Under the pieces are notes generated by a model. It searched no databases. It was not told where the DNA came from and saw only the letters and a list, made by a program, of their open reading frames with translations. A DNA stretch of 64,000 nt from Candidatus Sericytochromatia bacterium (GTDB lineage Bacteria; Cyanobacteriota; Sericytochromatia; S15B-MN24; VGJW01), in assembly GCA_035285865.1 (NCBI GenBank), contig JAYKHS010000014.1, forward strand, positions 1 to 64,000. Direction: 5' to 3'. Each line of letters begins with the position of its first letter. Position 1 is the first letter of the stretch. Of the stretch, positions 18,451 to 27,022 are shown one piece after another. Both the position numbers and the translations under genes were made by a program.

Positions 18451-19698
18451 TCAGGCCCGCGCGACCTTGGGCCGCGGATCCAGCAACGCCTCGCGTGCGG
18501 CCGCGTCGTGGACCTCCCGGCTGCGGATGATTTCCTTGTAGGCCTTCCGCTCCGAGGTGTCCGAACCGATGATCACGCCGCCGACGAGGCGCCCCTCGAG
18601 GAAGAACAACTGCCGGAAGGACTCGTTCGCCGGGTCGGCACGCCACGTGCTCGTCACGCCGGGGACGGATTCCGGCGTCACCCCGAAGGCCGTCATCTTC
18701 TGGTGGAACATGCCCGTGGTGTATTCCGGGATCTCCTCGTAGGACACGTCCTCGCCCAGCATCCGCCGGGCCACGACCTTGCCATGGCCGAGCGCGTTGT
18801 TCCACGTGCCCATCAGGTTCGGTCCCCCGATCCAGATGTCCTCGAACTCGGCGACGTCCCCGGCTGCGAAGATGTCCGGGTCGGCCGTCTGCAGGTGCCG
18901 ATCGACCACGATGCCCTTGCGGACCTCGAGGCCGGCCGCTCGTGCGAGGGACGTGTTGAGCGCAAGGCCGATGCCCAGCGCGACCATGTCGCAGGCGATC
19001 TCCGAACCGTCCGTGAGGCGGACGGAGGTGCAGCGATCCTCGGTCATCCCCAGAGCAGCGATCTCGACACCCAGATGCATGTGGACGCCGTGCGACCGGG
19101 CGATGCTCTCCACGATGGCCCCGCCCTCGGCATGGAGGACCCGCCGCAGGAAGTGAGTACCCCGGATCAGCCAGTGCACCGTACAGCCCCGCTCCATCAA
19201 TGCCTCGGCCAGCTCGTAGCTGATGAACGAGCCGCCGGACACGATGGCCGTGCGTCCGGGTTGGCCCGCCTCCATCAGCGCCCGGGTGTCCTTGAGGTCC
19301 TGGAAGTGGAACATGTTCCGCGCGCGGTCCGCGCCCTCGAGGCCAAGGGGCAGTGGGCGACCCCCCGTCGCGATGAGCAGGCGATCCCAGGCGTGCGTGC
19401 GGCCCCGGTCGTCGTGCACGACCCGAGCCTCGCGGTCGATGGCCGTGACCCGACAGGAAAGTTCCAGTTCGATGGCCATCTTCTCGTGCCAGGCCAGATC
19501 GCGGAGCATCACCCGGGCCTCGGGGATGCGCTCCTTGAGCATCGGGGGCAGGGCGACCCGGTTGTAGAGGGGGAAGGCCTCATCCCCGAAAAGGGTGATC
19601 CGGGCATCCGGGGCCAGCTTGCGGACGTTCTCCGCACACGTGGTCCCGGCGGCGCCGTTGCCGATGATGACGATGCGAAGGGCTTGTTCTGCGGACAT
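18451..19698 (-). CDS. NAD(P)/FAD-dependent oxidoreductase (NirB N-terminal / rubredoxin reductase-like)
   Basis: IIGNGAAG, LIATGG, GGSFISYELAE, IFAAGDVAE. Confidence 0.85.
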   Translation of the reverse strand: MSAEQALRIVIIGNGAAGTTCAENVRKLAPDARITLFGDEAFPLYNRVALPPMLKERIPEARVMLRDLAWHEKMAIELELSCRVTAIDREARVVHDDRGRTHAWDRLLIATGGRPLPLGLEGADRARNMFHFQDLKDTRALMEAGQPGRTAIVSGGSFISYELAEALMERGCTVHWLIRGTHFLRRVLHAEGGAIVESIARSHGVHMHLGVEIAALGMTEDRCTSVRLTDGSEIACDMVALGIGLALNTSLARAAGLEVRKGIVVDRHLQTADPDIFAAGDVAEFEDIWIGGPNLMGTWNNALGHGKVVARRMLGEDVSYEEIPEYTTGMFHQKMTAFGVTPESVPGVTSTWRADPANESFRQLFFLEGRLVGGVIIGSDTSERKAYKEIIRSREVHDAAAREALLDPRPKVARA

Positions 19699-19807
19699 GG
19701 GACCCCATGGTACACCCATCTTTCACCAAAGCTTTACCTGTTCTCCGCAAGCGGTCCCGCGCCGCCATGGATAAATCATCAGGTCCACCCACCTCTCCGG
19801 AGTCTGC

Positions 19808-21250
19808 ATGCCCCCAGTCGCCCGCCCCGCCGTCCGCCCCCTGTGGCGGACGCTGGTTGCCGTGCTGGTGGCCCTCTGGACGGCTGGCTGCGGTGCACGT
19901 GGCATGAACGGGATCGATCCCGATGAGCCGGGCCTCTCCGGCGGTGCCCTTGCCGTCTACGTGACGCAGCAGGGAGCGGCCGTGGCCGGTGCGCTGGTCC
20001 AGGTCTCGGACGGACGGGGTGCATCCGTCGGCCAAGGCCAGACGGATGAGACCGGCGAATGTGTCCTCGAGAATCTGGCTCCGGGCCAGGGCTACGTCGT
20101 CCGCGCCGAGAGGGCCGGTGCCTCCGGCACCGTTGATGGCCTCCGTCTGGCCGGTGGGGCCGAGCCTGTCCGTGTGCGTGTCGCGTTGTCCATGGGCCTG
20201 TCGGGCAATGCCGTGCTGATGGGTCGGGTTACCGACGGCACGACCGGGACCCCTGTCGCCGGCGCCCGGCTCGTGGCCGGTGCCGTATCCGCCTTGTCGC
20301 GCCCGGACGGAACCTACAAGCTCGACCGGCTCGTGCCCGGGGCGTTGGTGCTGCGCGTCGAGGCGCAGGGCTTCCTGCCGCTCTCCCGTGACCTCGCGCT
20401 CAAGCCTGGTGGTTCGCAGACCCTGGACCTCGCCCTCGATCCCCAGGCCAAGGGCCCTAGGGCCGGCAACACGGTGATCGCGACTCCAGCCCAGCTGCTG
20501 GAGGTCAACACGAATCATCTGGCCATCTTGAAGGTCTCGGGCACGGACTTCTGGTCGGCGACCTTCGTGGCGGGCCGTAACACCATTCTGGCTGCGGATG
20601 CCGGCCATCTGGGCGGCGGCGTGGTCGAGGTCGAGCCTTCCGGCCGCAAGGCCGTCACCTTCGATGCCTCCCGTTTCTTGGTCTTCGGCCGGACCAAGGC
20701 TGCGCGGGGTGCCCAGCGCCTCCGGCTCGGCTCGACGCTCATCGCCGACACCGGCAACGATCGCGTGATCGAGGTCGATGCTCAGGACAACCGCATCTGG
20801 GAGTTCCGCCAGGGGCTGCGGGCTCCGCGCTGGGCCGAGCGTCTCGAGAACGGGAACACCCTCATCGCCGATTCCGGCAACAACCGCATCATCGAGGTCA
20901 CGCCGATGGGTGACGTCGTGTTTACCCTGGGCAACGGCTCCGCCTCGGTGCTGAACCGCCCCAGCCACGTGCAGTACCTCAAGACCACGAACACTTGGCT
21001 TGTCTGCGACGCCGGCAACAACCGCGTGCTCGAACTGGACCGCAACCAGCAGGTGGTCTGGATGGCCGGCGGCGCGATGCGCCTCTCCGACGGCTCGGGG
21101 CTCTTCAACCCCGGCTCGGCCAAGCGCCTGCCCGGTGGCAACACCCTGATCGCCGACACGGATGCGAACCGCGTCATCGAGGTCAGCCCGGGCCTCGACA
21201 TCACCTGGTTCCAGCAGGCCCAGACCCCGCGCTTCGCCGACCGCCTCTAG
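19808..21250 (+). CDS. Lipoprotein with carboxypeptidase-regulatory-like domains and NHL beta-propeller repeats
   Basis: Lipobox WTAGC; GRVTD..TG.PVAGA; repeated LIAD(T/S)GNxR(V/I)IEV. Confidence 0.8.
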   Translation: MPPVARPAVRPLWRTLVAVLVALWTAGCGARGMNGIDPDEPGLSGGALAVYVTQQGAAVAGALVQVSDGRGASVGQGQTDETGECVLENLAPGQGYVVRAERAGASGTVDGLRLAGGAEPVRVRVALSMGLSGNAVLMGRVTDGTTGTPVAGARLVAGAVSALSRPDGTYKLDRLVPGALVLRVEAQGFLPLSRDLALKPGGSQTLDLALDPQAKGPRAGNTVIATPAQLLEVNTNHLAILKVSGTDFWSATFVAGRNTILAADAGHLGGGVVEVEPSGRKAVTFDASRFLVFGRTKAARGAQRLRLGSTLIADTGNDRVIEVDAQDNRIWEFRQGLRAPRWAERLENGNTLIADSGNNRIIEVTPMGDVVFTLGNGSASVLNRPSHVQYLKTTNTWLVCDAGNNRVLELDRNQQVVWMAGGAMRLSDGSGLFNPGSAKRLPGGNTLIADTDANRVIEVSPGLDITWFQQAQTPRFADRL

Positions 21251-21427
21251 GTCCCTCGGGGCCGGGCGCCCGGGCCCCGTGCCCGCCGACTTTCCGCACC
21301 CGACGGGTGTGCCGCGAATTGAACTTCGCTTAACCCGGAATTAGGCAACTCCACCCAGCTCTCCTGCGATAAACCATCAGTACCCTCGAGTCTCGTGAGG
21401 AAGCCCGCCGTGATCCAGCGCAGCCAG

Positions 21428-22369
21428 ATGACCCACCGCAAGGTGGCGGCGCTCCTCCTGGCACTCGGCCTGATCTCCGGTTGCGGCAGCAGCGTCCCCT
21501 CCCGGACGACTCCCGCCACGAGCCGGACCAACACCGCGCCCAAGCCGGTCCAGCAGCTGCAGGAGCCCCGTCCCATGGGGCCCCAGTTCAACGACCCCGG
21601 CGATGTGCCCACCAACATGCCCCAGCCCATCCCCACGCCCGATCCGCCGGTCGTGCCGGGCAAGGTCTCGGTCAAGGCGACGAGCTACTCCATCAGCAGC
21701 TACCCGCTCAACCCGTTCGGCCTGGGTGCACGCGTGATCAACATCCACATCGATCTGAAGTGGCAGCTGCTTCCCAACGCCTCCCATTACCGAATCAGCC
21801 GCGCGGTCGAGGGTTCCGAAGAGTTCGTCACCAAGACGACCATCTCGGCCAGCCGTCTGGGCAAGCTGCTGCCCCTGTTCTGGCGCGAGTACTCGATTCC
21901 CGCGGTCAACCCCATCACCCCTGGCGTGAAGTACCGTTACCAGATCGAGGCCTTCAACAGCAGCGATCAGGTCATCGCTGTCGGTCAGGACGAGACTGCC
22001 CCGCTTTACCCCCTCGACATCCCCAAGCTGGTCGGTCCCGACAACAATGCCGTGGGTGTCGGCATTCAGCCCGCCTTCCAGTGGGAGCGCGTCAATAACG
22101 CCGACGGTTACTTCGTCGAGGTCTTCGCCGGCAAGACGTTCTTGCCCCAGTGGCGTGGTTTCCGGGCCGGTCAGGAAGGCATCACGATCAAGTATGGCGA
22201 GCCTGGCGACAGCTACCCTGGCGTGATGCCCGGCTTCTGGACCACGGTCCTGGTGCCCGGCGTGCCCTATACGTGGTCCGTGACCGCATACCGGACGGAC
22301 ACGGGCAACGCCCAGACCGCCAAGGCCTTTGCCCGGTCGAACACGCCGAGCTGGGTCTTCACCCCCTAG
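21428..22369 (+). CDS. Hypothetical lipoprotein with Fn3/Ig-like domains
   Basis: Lipobox LISGC; Pro-rich linker; LKW...YRISR, PGVKYRYQIEA, FQWERV...YTWSVTAY. Confidence 0.78.
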   Translation: MTHRKVAALLLALGLISGCGSSVPSRTTPATSRTNTAPKPVQQLQEPRPMGPQFNDPGDVPTNMPQPIPTPDPPVVPGKVSVKATSYSISSYPLNPFGLGARVINIHIDLKWQLLPNASHYRISRAVEGSEEFVTKTTISASRLGKLLPLFWREYSIPAVNPITPGVKYRYQIEAFNSSDQVIAVGQDETAPLYPLDIPKLVGPDNNAVGVGIQPAFQWERVNNADGYFVEVFAGKTFLPQWRGFRAGQEGITIKYGEPGDSYPGVMPGFWTTVLVPGVPYTWSVTAYRTDTGNAQTAKAFARSNTPSWVFTP

Positions 22370-22383
22370 CTGTCAGAGAACAA

Positions 22384-22420
22384 GAGGCCCCTGCTGATCG
22401 GCAGGGGCCTCGCTCTTTCT
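22384..22420. terminator. Probable bidirectional terminator between convergent genes
   Basis: GAGGCCCCTGC-tgatcg-GCAGGGGCCTC followed by GCTCTTTCT. Confidence 0.75.
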
Positions 22421-22427
22421 GGGGGCG

Positions 22428-22988
22428 CTAGACGCGCGCGACTGGCGTGCCGTAGAGCGCCATGTGCGCCTGGTTCACGACGCAGGCCTCGAAGCAGCCC
22501 ACACCGCAGCGCTCGCACGAGCGCTCGACAAGCGGATGGTCCTGGCCGTAGGCCGTGGTCAGGAAGGCGCGCAAGCCCTTGAGCAGGGCTCGCCTGTCCC
22601 CGGGATCCATGCGGCCGAGCACGGCCGTCAGGCGCTCGGTCTGTCGGTCGGTCACCGCTTCCAGATGCCGATTGCCTTCCTCCGTGACCGTCAGAAGATG
22701 CTGGCGCCTGTCCTGAGGGTCTTCGCGACGATCCACGAGGCCCTTGGCGTGCAGCCGGTCGATGGCCTTGGTGGCCGCAGGCGGACTGATGCCAAGTCCG
22801 GACGAGAGCTGCCCGACGTAGGCAGGGTCGTGTTGGCCCACATAGCGCAAGGCTTCCCATTGGGGCCGTGTCAGTTCGCCTTGGCTGGCTTCCGCGACGG
22901 GTTCTTCGCGCAGCCAATGTTCGATGACCCACGCAAAGCGACCGATGAGCTTCTCCGCATCGCGTTGGGCGCGATCATGCCGATCCAC
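22428..22988 (-). CDS. MarR-family regulator with C-terminal four-Cys motif
   Basis: LTRPQWEAL, ISPPAATKAIDRL..KGLV.R..DP.DRR; C-terminal CERCGVGCFEAC. Confidence 0.85.
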   Translation of the reverse strand: MDRHDRAQRDAEKLIGRFAWVIEHWLREEPVAEASQGELTRPQWEALRYVGQHDPAYVGQLSSGLGISPPAATKAIDRLHAKGLVDRREDPQDRRQHLLTVTEEGNRHLEAVTDRQTERLTAVLGRMDPGDRRALLKGLRAFLTTAYGQDHPLVERSCERCGVGCFEACVVNQAHMALYGTPVARV

Positions 22989-22997
22989 GGACGTGCC

Positions 22998-24077
22998 TCA
23001 GGCCATCGGCAGGGCCACTTCGACCCGGCGGCTTCGGTAGGCCTCCAGCGACACCCGACCGGCGAGGCGGCCGGCCAGTTCGGCAAAGGTCCGGGCCAGC
23101 TGCGATTCCGGATCCTCGGCCACCACGGGGCGACCCGAGTCGGAGCCCCTGCGGATGCGGGCATCCAGCGGCAACGAGCCGAGGAAGGGGACATTTTCCC
23201 GGTTGGCCAGCGCCTCGCCCCCCCCGCCGTCGAAGACTTCCGTCGGTTCGTTGCAGTGCGGGCATGTGAACGCTCCCATGTTCTCGATGATCCCGAGGAT
23301 CGGGGCCTTGGTGTTCGAGCCCTGGAACATCCGCATGGTCTTGGTGCCGATGGCCGTGGCCACGCGCTCGGGTGTCACGACGACCACGGCGCCGCTGAGC
23401 GGGATGGTCTGGACCAGCGTCAGCGGGATGTCCCCGGTGCCGGGCGGCAGATCGACGAGGAGATAGTCCAGTTCGCCCCAAGCCACTTGCTGCAGGAATT
23501 GGCGCAGCACGCCTGCCAGAATGGGACCCCGCCAGATGACGGGGTCATCGGCCTTCTCCAGCATGAAGCCCATGCTCATGACCTTGAGGCCCATCGTCTC
23601 GATGGGGAAGATCGTGTTGCCCTGCCCCATGGGGCGGGCACCCTCGAGACCGAGCATCAGCGGGATGCTCGGACCGTAGATGTCGGCGTCGAGCACGCCC
23701 ACCCGTGCTCCGGTGGCCGCCAGGGCCAGCGCCAGGTTGACGGTCACCGTGCTCTTGCCGACGCCACCCTTGCCGGAACCGACCGCGACGATGGAAGCGA
23801 CGCCCGGGATAGCCTGCTGTTCTGCCGATACCCTCGGCTTGGCATCCCAGGCCAGCGTGACCCGGGAAACACCGTCAATCGCCAGCAGGGCCGTCTCGAC
23901 ATCCTTCTGGATTGTGGCCTTGAGCGGACACGCCGGTGTGGTCAGCACGACGGTCAGGGAAACCGTTCCCTCCTCGAGGGTGACGTCGCGGACCATGCCG
24001 AGGCTCACGAGGTCCTTGTGGATTTCGGGGTCATGGACGGTCGCCAGAGCTGCCATGACCTGTTCGTGGGTGGCCAA
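22998..24077 (-). CDS. mrp: Mrp/NBP35 Fe-S cluster carrier ATPase
   Basis: DPEIHKDLVSLG, GKGGVGKST, DADIYGPS, DLPPGTGD, ENM..F.CPHC; TTG start after GGAGG. Confidence 0.92.
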   Translation of the reverse strand: MATHEQVMAALATVHDPEIHKDLVSLGMVRDVTLEEGTVSLTVVLTTPACPLKATIQKDVETALLAIDGVSRVTLAWDAKPRVSAEQQAIPGVASIVAVGSGKGGVGKSTVTVNLALALAATGARVGVLDADIYGPSIPLMLGLEGARPMGQGNTIFPIETMGLKVMSMGFMLEKADDPVIWRGPILAGVLRQFLQQVAWGELDYLLVDLPPGTGDIPLTLVQTIPLSGAVVVVTPERVATAIGTKTMRMFQGSNTKAPILGIIENMGAFTCPHCNEPTEVFDGGGGEALANRENVPFLGSLPLDARIRRGSDSGRPVVAEDPESQLARTFAELAGRLAGRVSLEAYRSRRVEVALPMA

Positions 24078-24102
24078 GCGCGTTCCTCCGCATTACGGGA
24101 AA

Positions 24103-24148
24103 GTTAACAACGTTCACCATGGTGCGCGGAGGGGCGCCCGGACGTCAA
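24103..24148 (-). promoter_or_regulatory. sigma70-type promoter (TTGACG-N18-CACCAT) with an adjacent near-palindrome GTGAAC-N3-GTTAAC
   Basis: Read directly upstream of mrp; the palindrome lies over the predicted transcription start. Confidence 0.55.
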
Positions 24149-24155
24149 TCGGGCT

Positions 24156-25559
24156 TCAGGCCATCACCTGCACAGAGGCATCGGCACCCATGCTGGAGAA
24201 CTTCTCGGCCAGCGTCCTTGCTTCCTGCTCGTCCAGATTGCGGCGGGCGACGGCGGGCAAGCGCCCGAGCACCACGCGCACCTTCTCGAGCTCGATGCCG
24301 AAGTCCTGGGCCATCTGTCGGGCCACGGCGTCCTGCTGCTCCGGAGTCTTGCCGGCATCGGCGAGGACGACCTGGAAGCGCGGCGGGGGGGGGGACTGCG
24401 GCGGGGGCGATGCCGGTGCGGCTGTCGGCACGGGAGCCTCCGCCACGACCGGCTCGGGGGCTGCATCGGCACCCGGTGCCGGACCTGCGATGGCCTTGGC
24501 CTTGCTGCACTCCTTGGTGCAGCCGTAGTTGGCCTTCCAGCAGCCCTCGTGGTGCTCCAGCGCGCAGACCGAGCAGTGCACGATCGGTTCCTTGAGCGAG
24601 AACTTGCAGTAGGGGCAGGTCTTGGCGGCAGTGACATCCTGCATGACAGTCGAAATGGAAGGACCGCTGGACTGCGGTCGCGAGGCTTCCTGGGCGGCGG
24701 CGATGGCGTCCTTGCTGACCTCGCGCACGGGCGCAGGCATCGCCGGAGGCAGCGGACGGCCGGAGGCGGACGAGCCGGCAAGCGGGTCGAGTGGCGGACG
24801 ATTGATGGGCCGCGATGCTGCGCCCGCGGGGTTCTTCTCCTTGCCCAGCTTGGCAAGGGCGGCGTCGATGCCGTCCTTGACCTGGCGCGCGGAGCGGACA
24901 TTGCCGCGATTGGGCCACATGGCGATGAGGCGTGCCTGGCCTTGATCGTCCGTGTAGTCGATGAGCACCATGCGCAGGCGCTTGCGGTAGGTATCCACGA
25001 GCCGGCGCACGAGGGGGTTGGCGGGCACCTTGGTGTTGGGCAGCTGGACATCCCCGAGCTTGCGCATCTTCATCTGGAGCTGACTCTCGAGGGTGATGCG
25101 GTTGACGCGGCTGAGCGGCAGGCGGAAGCGGTTCTTGAGGTTCTTGAAGACCAGCGCGCGCTCGTACAACTGAATCTGACCGAACTCGGGACGCGTCACC
25201 TGCCAGTTGGGGTGGCCACCGCAGTATTCGGCGCCGAACTCGTCCAGCAGCGGGTTGGGCGCCTTGTCCTTGCCGTCCGTCTGCTCGTGGAGCTCGATGG
25301 CCTCCGCCTGTTTCTGGATGGCCCGGGCGACGCGCAATTCGAGGGGGGCGAACGCCTTGGGGACGCCGGCCAGCACGAGGGGTAACACCGCCTGCAGCGG
25401 CAGGCCCGCCTCCATGTCGGCCATCAGAAGCATTACGGCCGAGAGGCCGACACCACTGCCGACGGCCATGTACTGGGCCCAAGGCAGCTTGCGCAGCCGC
25501 AGCAGCAGGCGCTTCCTGTCTTCCGCGATGGTCTTCTTGAGCTTGTCCTTGGGCGCCAT
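24156..25559 (-). CDS. Membrane protein with PH-like domain, prokaryotic RING finger and L7/L12-CTD-like domain
   Basis: Two hydrophobic segments; CPYC..VHCSVCALEHHEGCW..NYGC..C; C-terminal FQVVL..AG...LDEQEARTLAEKF..MGA. Confidence 0.7.
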   Translation of the reverse strand: MAPKDKLKKTIAEDRKRLLLRLRKLPWAQYMAVGSGVGLSAVMLLMADMEAGLPLQAVLPLVLAGVPKAFAPLELRVARAIQKQAEAIELHEQTDGKDKAPNPLLDEFGAEYCGGHPNWQVTRPEFGQIQLYERALVFKNLKNRFRLPLSRVNRITLESQLQMKMRKLGDVQLPNTKVPANPLVRRLVDTYRKRLRMVLIDYTDDQGQARLIAMWPNRGNVRSARQVKDGIDAALAKLGKEKNPAGAASRPINRPPLDPLAGSSASGRPLPPAMPAPVREVSKDAIAAAQEASRPQSSGPSISTVMQDVTAAKTCPYCKFSLKEPIVHCSVCALEHHEGCWKANYGCTKECSKAKAIAGPAPGADAAPEPVVAEAPVPTAAPASPPPQSPPPPRFQVVLADAGKTPEQQDAVARQMAQDFGIELEKVRVVLGRLPAVARRNLDEQEARTLAEKFSSMGADASVQVMA

Positions 25560-25608
25560 CCCAGTCAGCATACCCTCAGGGATGGGCCTGAACAGCCCGG
25601 GGGCACCT

Positions 25609-27021
25609 TCATCCGTGCGTCTGCGCGGCGGTCATCGCCCGGCAGGCTTCCTCGAGACGGGTCAGCGTGGCCGCATCCGGCGCCTCGAGGTAGATGCGCA
25701 CGACGGGTTCGGTGCCCGATGGACGGGCCAGCACCCAGGCATCGCCCTCCAGCAACCACTTCACGCCATCGAGGCCAGAAGTGCCGCGCACCTCAAGGCC
25801 GGCAAAGCGCGCCGGCGTCCGGTCGCGGAAAGCAGCCATCAGGGCGTCCTTCGCTCCTTGGTCCAGATGGAGATCAAGGCGGCGATTTGCCGGTGCCCCG
25901 CCGACTTCGGCCACCAGGTCCGCCCATATCGCAGACAAGGGCTTGCCTTCCCACGCGACCATCTCGGCAACCAGCAGGTCCGCGAGGATGCCGTCCTTCT
26001 CCGGAATGTGGCCGATGACCGATAGCCCGCCCGATTCCTCGCCCCCGATGAGGACGGGCTCGTCTCGCATGACCTGGCCGACCCACTTGAAACCCACCGG
26101 CGTTTCCCGCAGCGGCAGGCCCCAACGGGCGGCCATGCGATCGAGCATGTGCGTCGTCGCCACGGTGCGGACGATGGCCCCGGAGAGGCCCCTGCGGACA
26201 TGGAGGTGCCGCGCCAGGAGGGCGATGACCTGATTGGGCGTGTACCACGCGCCATCCTCGCCGAGGACCCCGAAACGGTCGCTGTCTCCGTCGTTGGCGA
26301 GGCCCAGGGCCAGGCCTTCGTTCAGGATGGTCTCCCGGAGCTGACCGAGGTAGGCCGGGGCCGGTTCGGGCATGCCGCCGCCGAAGAGCGGATCGATGTT
26401 CATGCGCAGGGCCGTGACGTGACACCCCAGCGTCGCCAACATCTGGTCGGTGTACCCGCGACCCGTGGCATGGAGCGCGTCATAGCCGACCTTCAGACCG
26501 GCACGCTGCATGCGTTCGTGGTCGAAGCGCGCCAGCACCTCGGCCTTGTAGGCGGGTTCGGGATCGAATGGTGTGCCGTCCGCGGCCGGTGCCGCGGCAA
26601 GCGCATCGTCCAGAGGACGGATGCCCGCCACGATGGCGTCCGTGATCTCCTTGGTCGCCGGTCCCGCGTACTCGGGGATGTATTTGATGCCACAGTACTG
26701 GGGCGGGTTGTGGCTCGCCGTCAGCATGATGGCTCCGGCCGTCGGCGTGGCCTGAGCAGCGTGCGCGATGACCGGAGTCGGTACGTCGCGCACGGCGAGG
26801 CGCGCCTCGATGCCGTGATGGTGCAGCACGCCCACCACCGTCCGGGCGAAGTCACGTGCGAGGAAGCGCGTGTCATGCCCGACGAGGACAGGGCGCGAGG
26901 TGCCGTGCGTCGCGCGGACGTGGCCTGCGATGGCCGAAGCCACACGCCGGACATTGGCGAAGGTGAACTCGTCCGCGATGACGGCGCGCCAGCCATCCGT
27001 CCCGAAGATCAGTTCACCCAT
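25609..27021 (-). CDS. Phosphoglucomutase/phosphomannomutase
   Basis: FGTDGWR, TASHNP, DGDSDR, VGFK, GGEESGG, RPSGTEP. Confidence 0.93.
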   Translation of the reverse strand: MGELIFGTDGWRAVIADEFTFANVRRVASAIAGHVRATHGTSRPVLVGHDTRFLARDFARTVVGVLHHHGIEARLAVRDVPTPVIAHAAQATPTAGAIMLTASHNPPQYCGIKYIPEYAGPATKEITDAIVAGIRPLDDALAAAPAADGTPFDPEPAYKAEVLARFDHERMQRAGLKVGYDALHATGRGYTDQMLATLGCHVTALRMNIDPLFGGGMPEPAPAYLGQLRETILNEGLALGLANDGDSDRFGVLGEDGAWYTPNQVIALLARHLHVRRGLSGAIVRTVATTHMLDRMAARWGLPLRETPVGFKWVGQVMRDEPVLIGGEESGGLSVIGHIPEKDGILADLLVAEMVAWEGKPLSAIWADLVAEVGGAPANRRLDLHLDQGAKDALMAAFRDRTPARFAGLEVRGTSGLDGVKWLLEGDAWVLARPSGTEPVVRIYLEAPDAATLTRLEEACRAMTAAQTHG

Positions 27022-27022
27022 C

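Noticed and set aside
20730..21190. Repeated ATCGCCGACAC/CGGCAACAACCGC units as a DNA repeat array
   Set aside because: They are in-frame NHL protein repeats.
24383..24393. G-run as a phase-variation tract
   Set aside because: It encodes a poly-Pro linker on the minus strand and the frame is intact; no evidence of variation.
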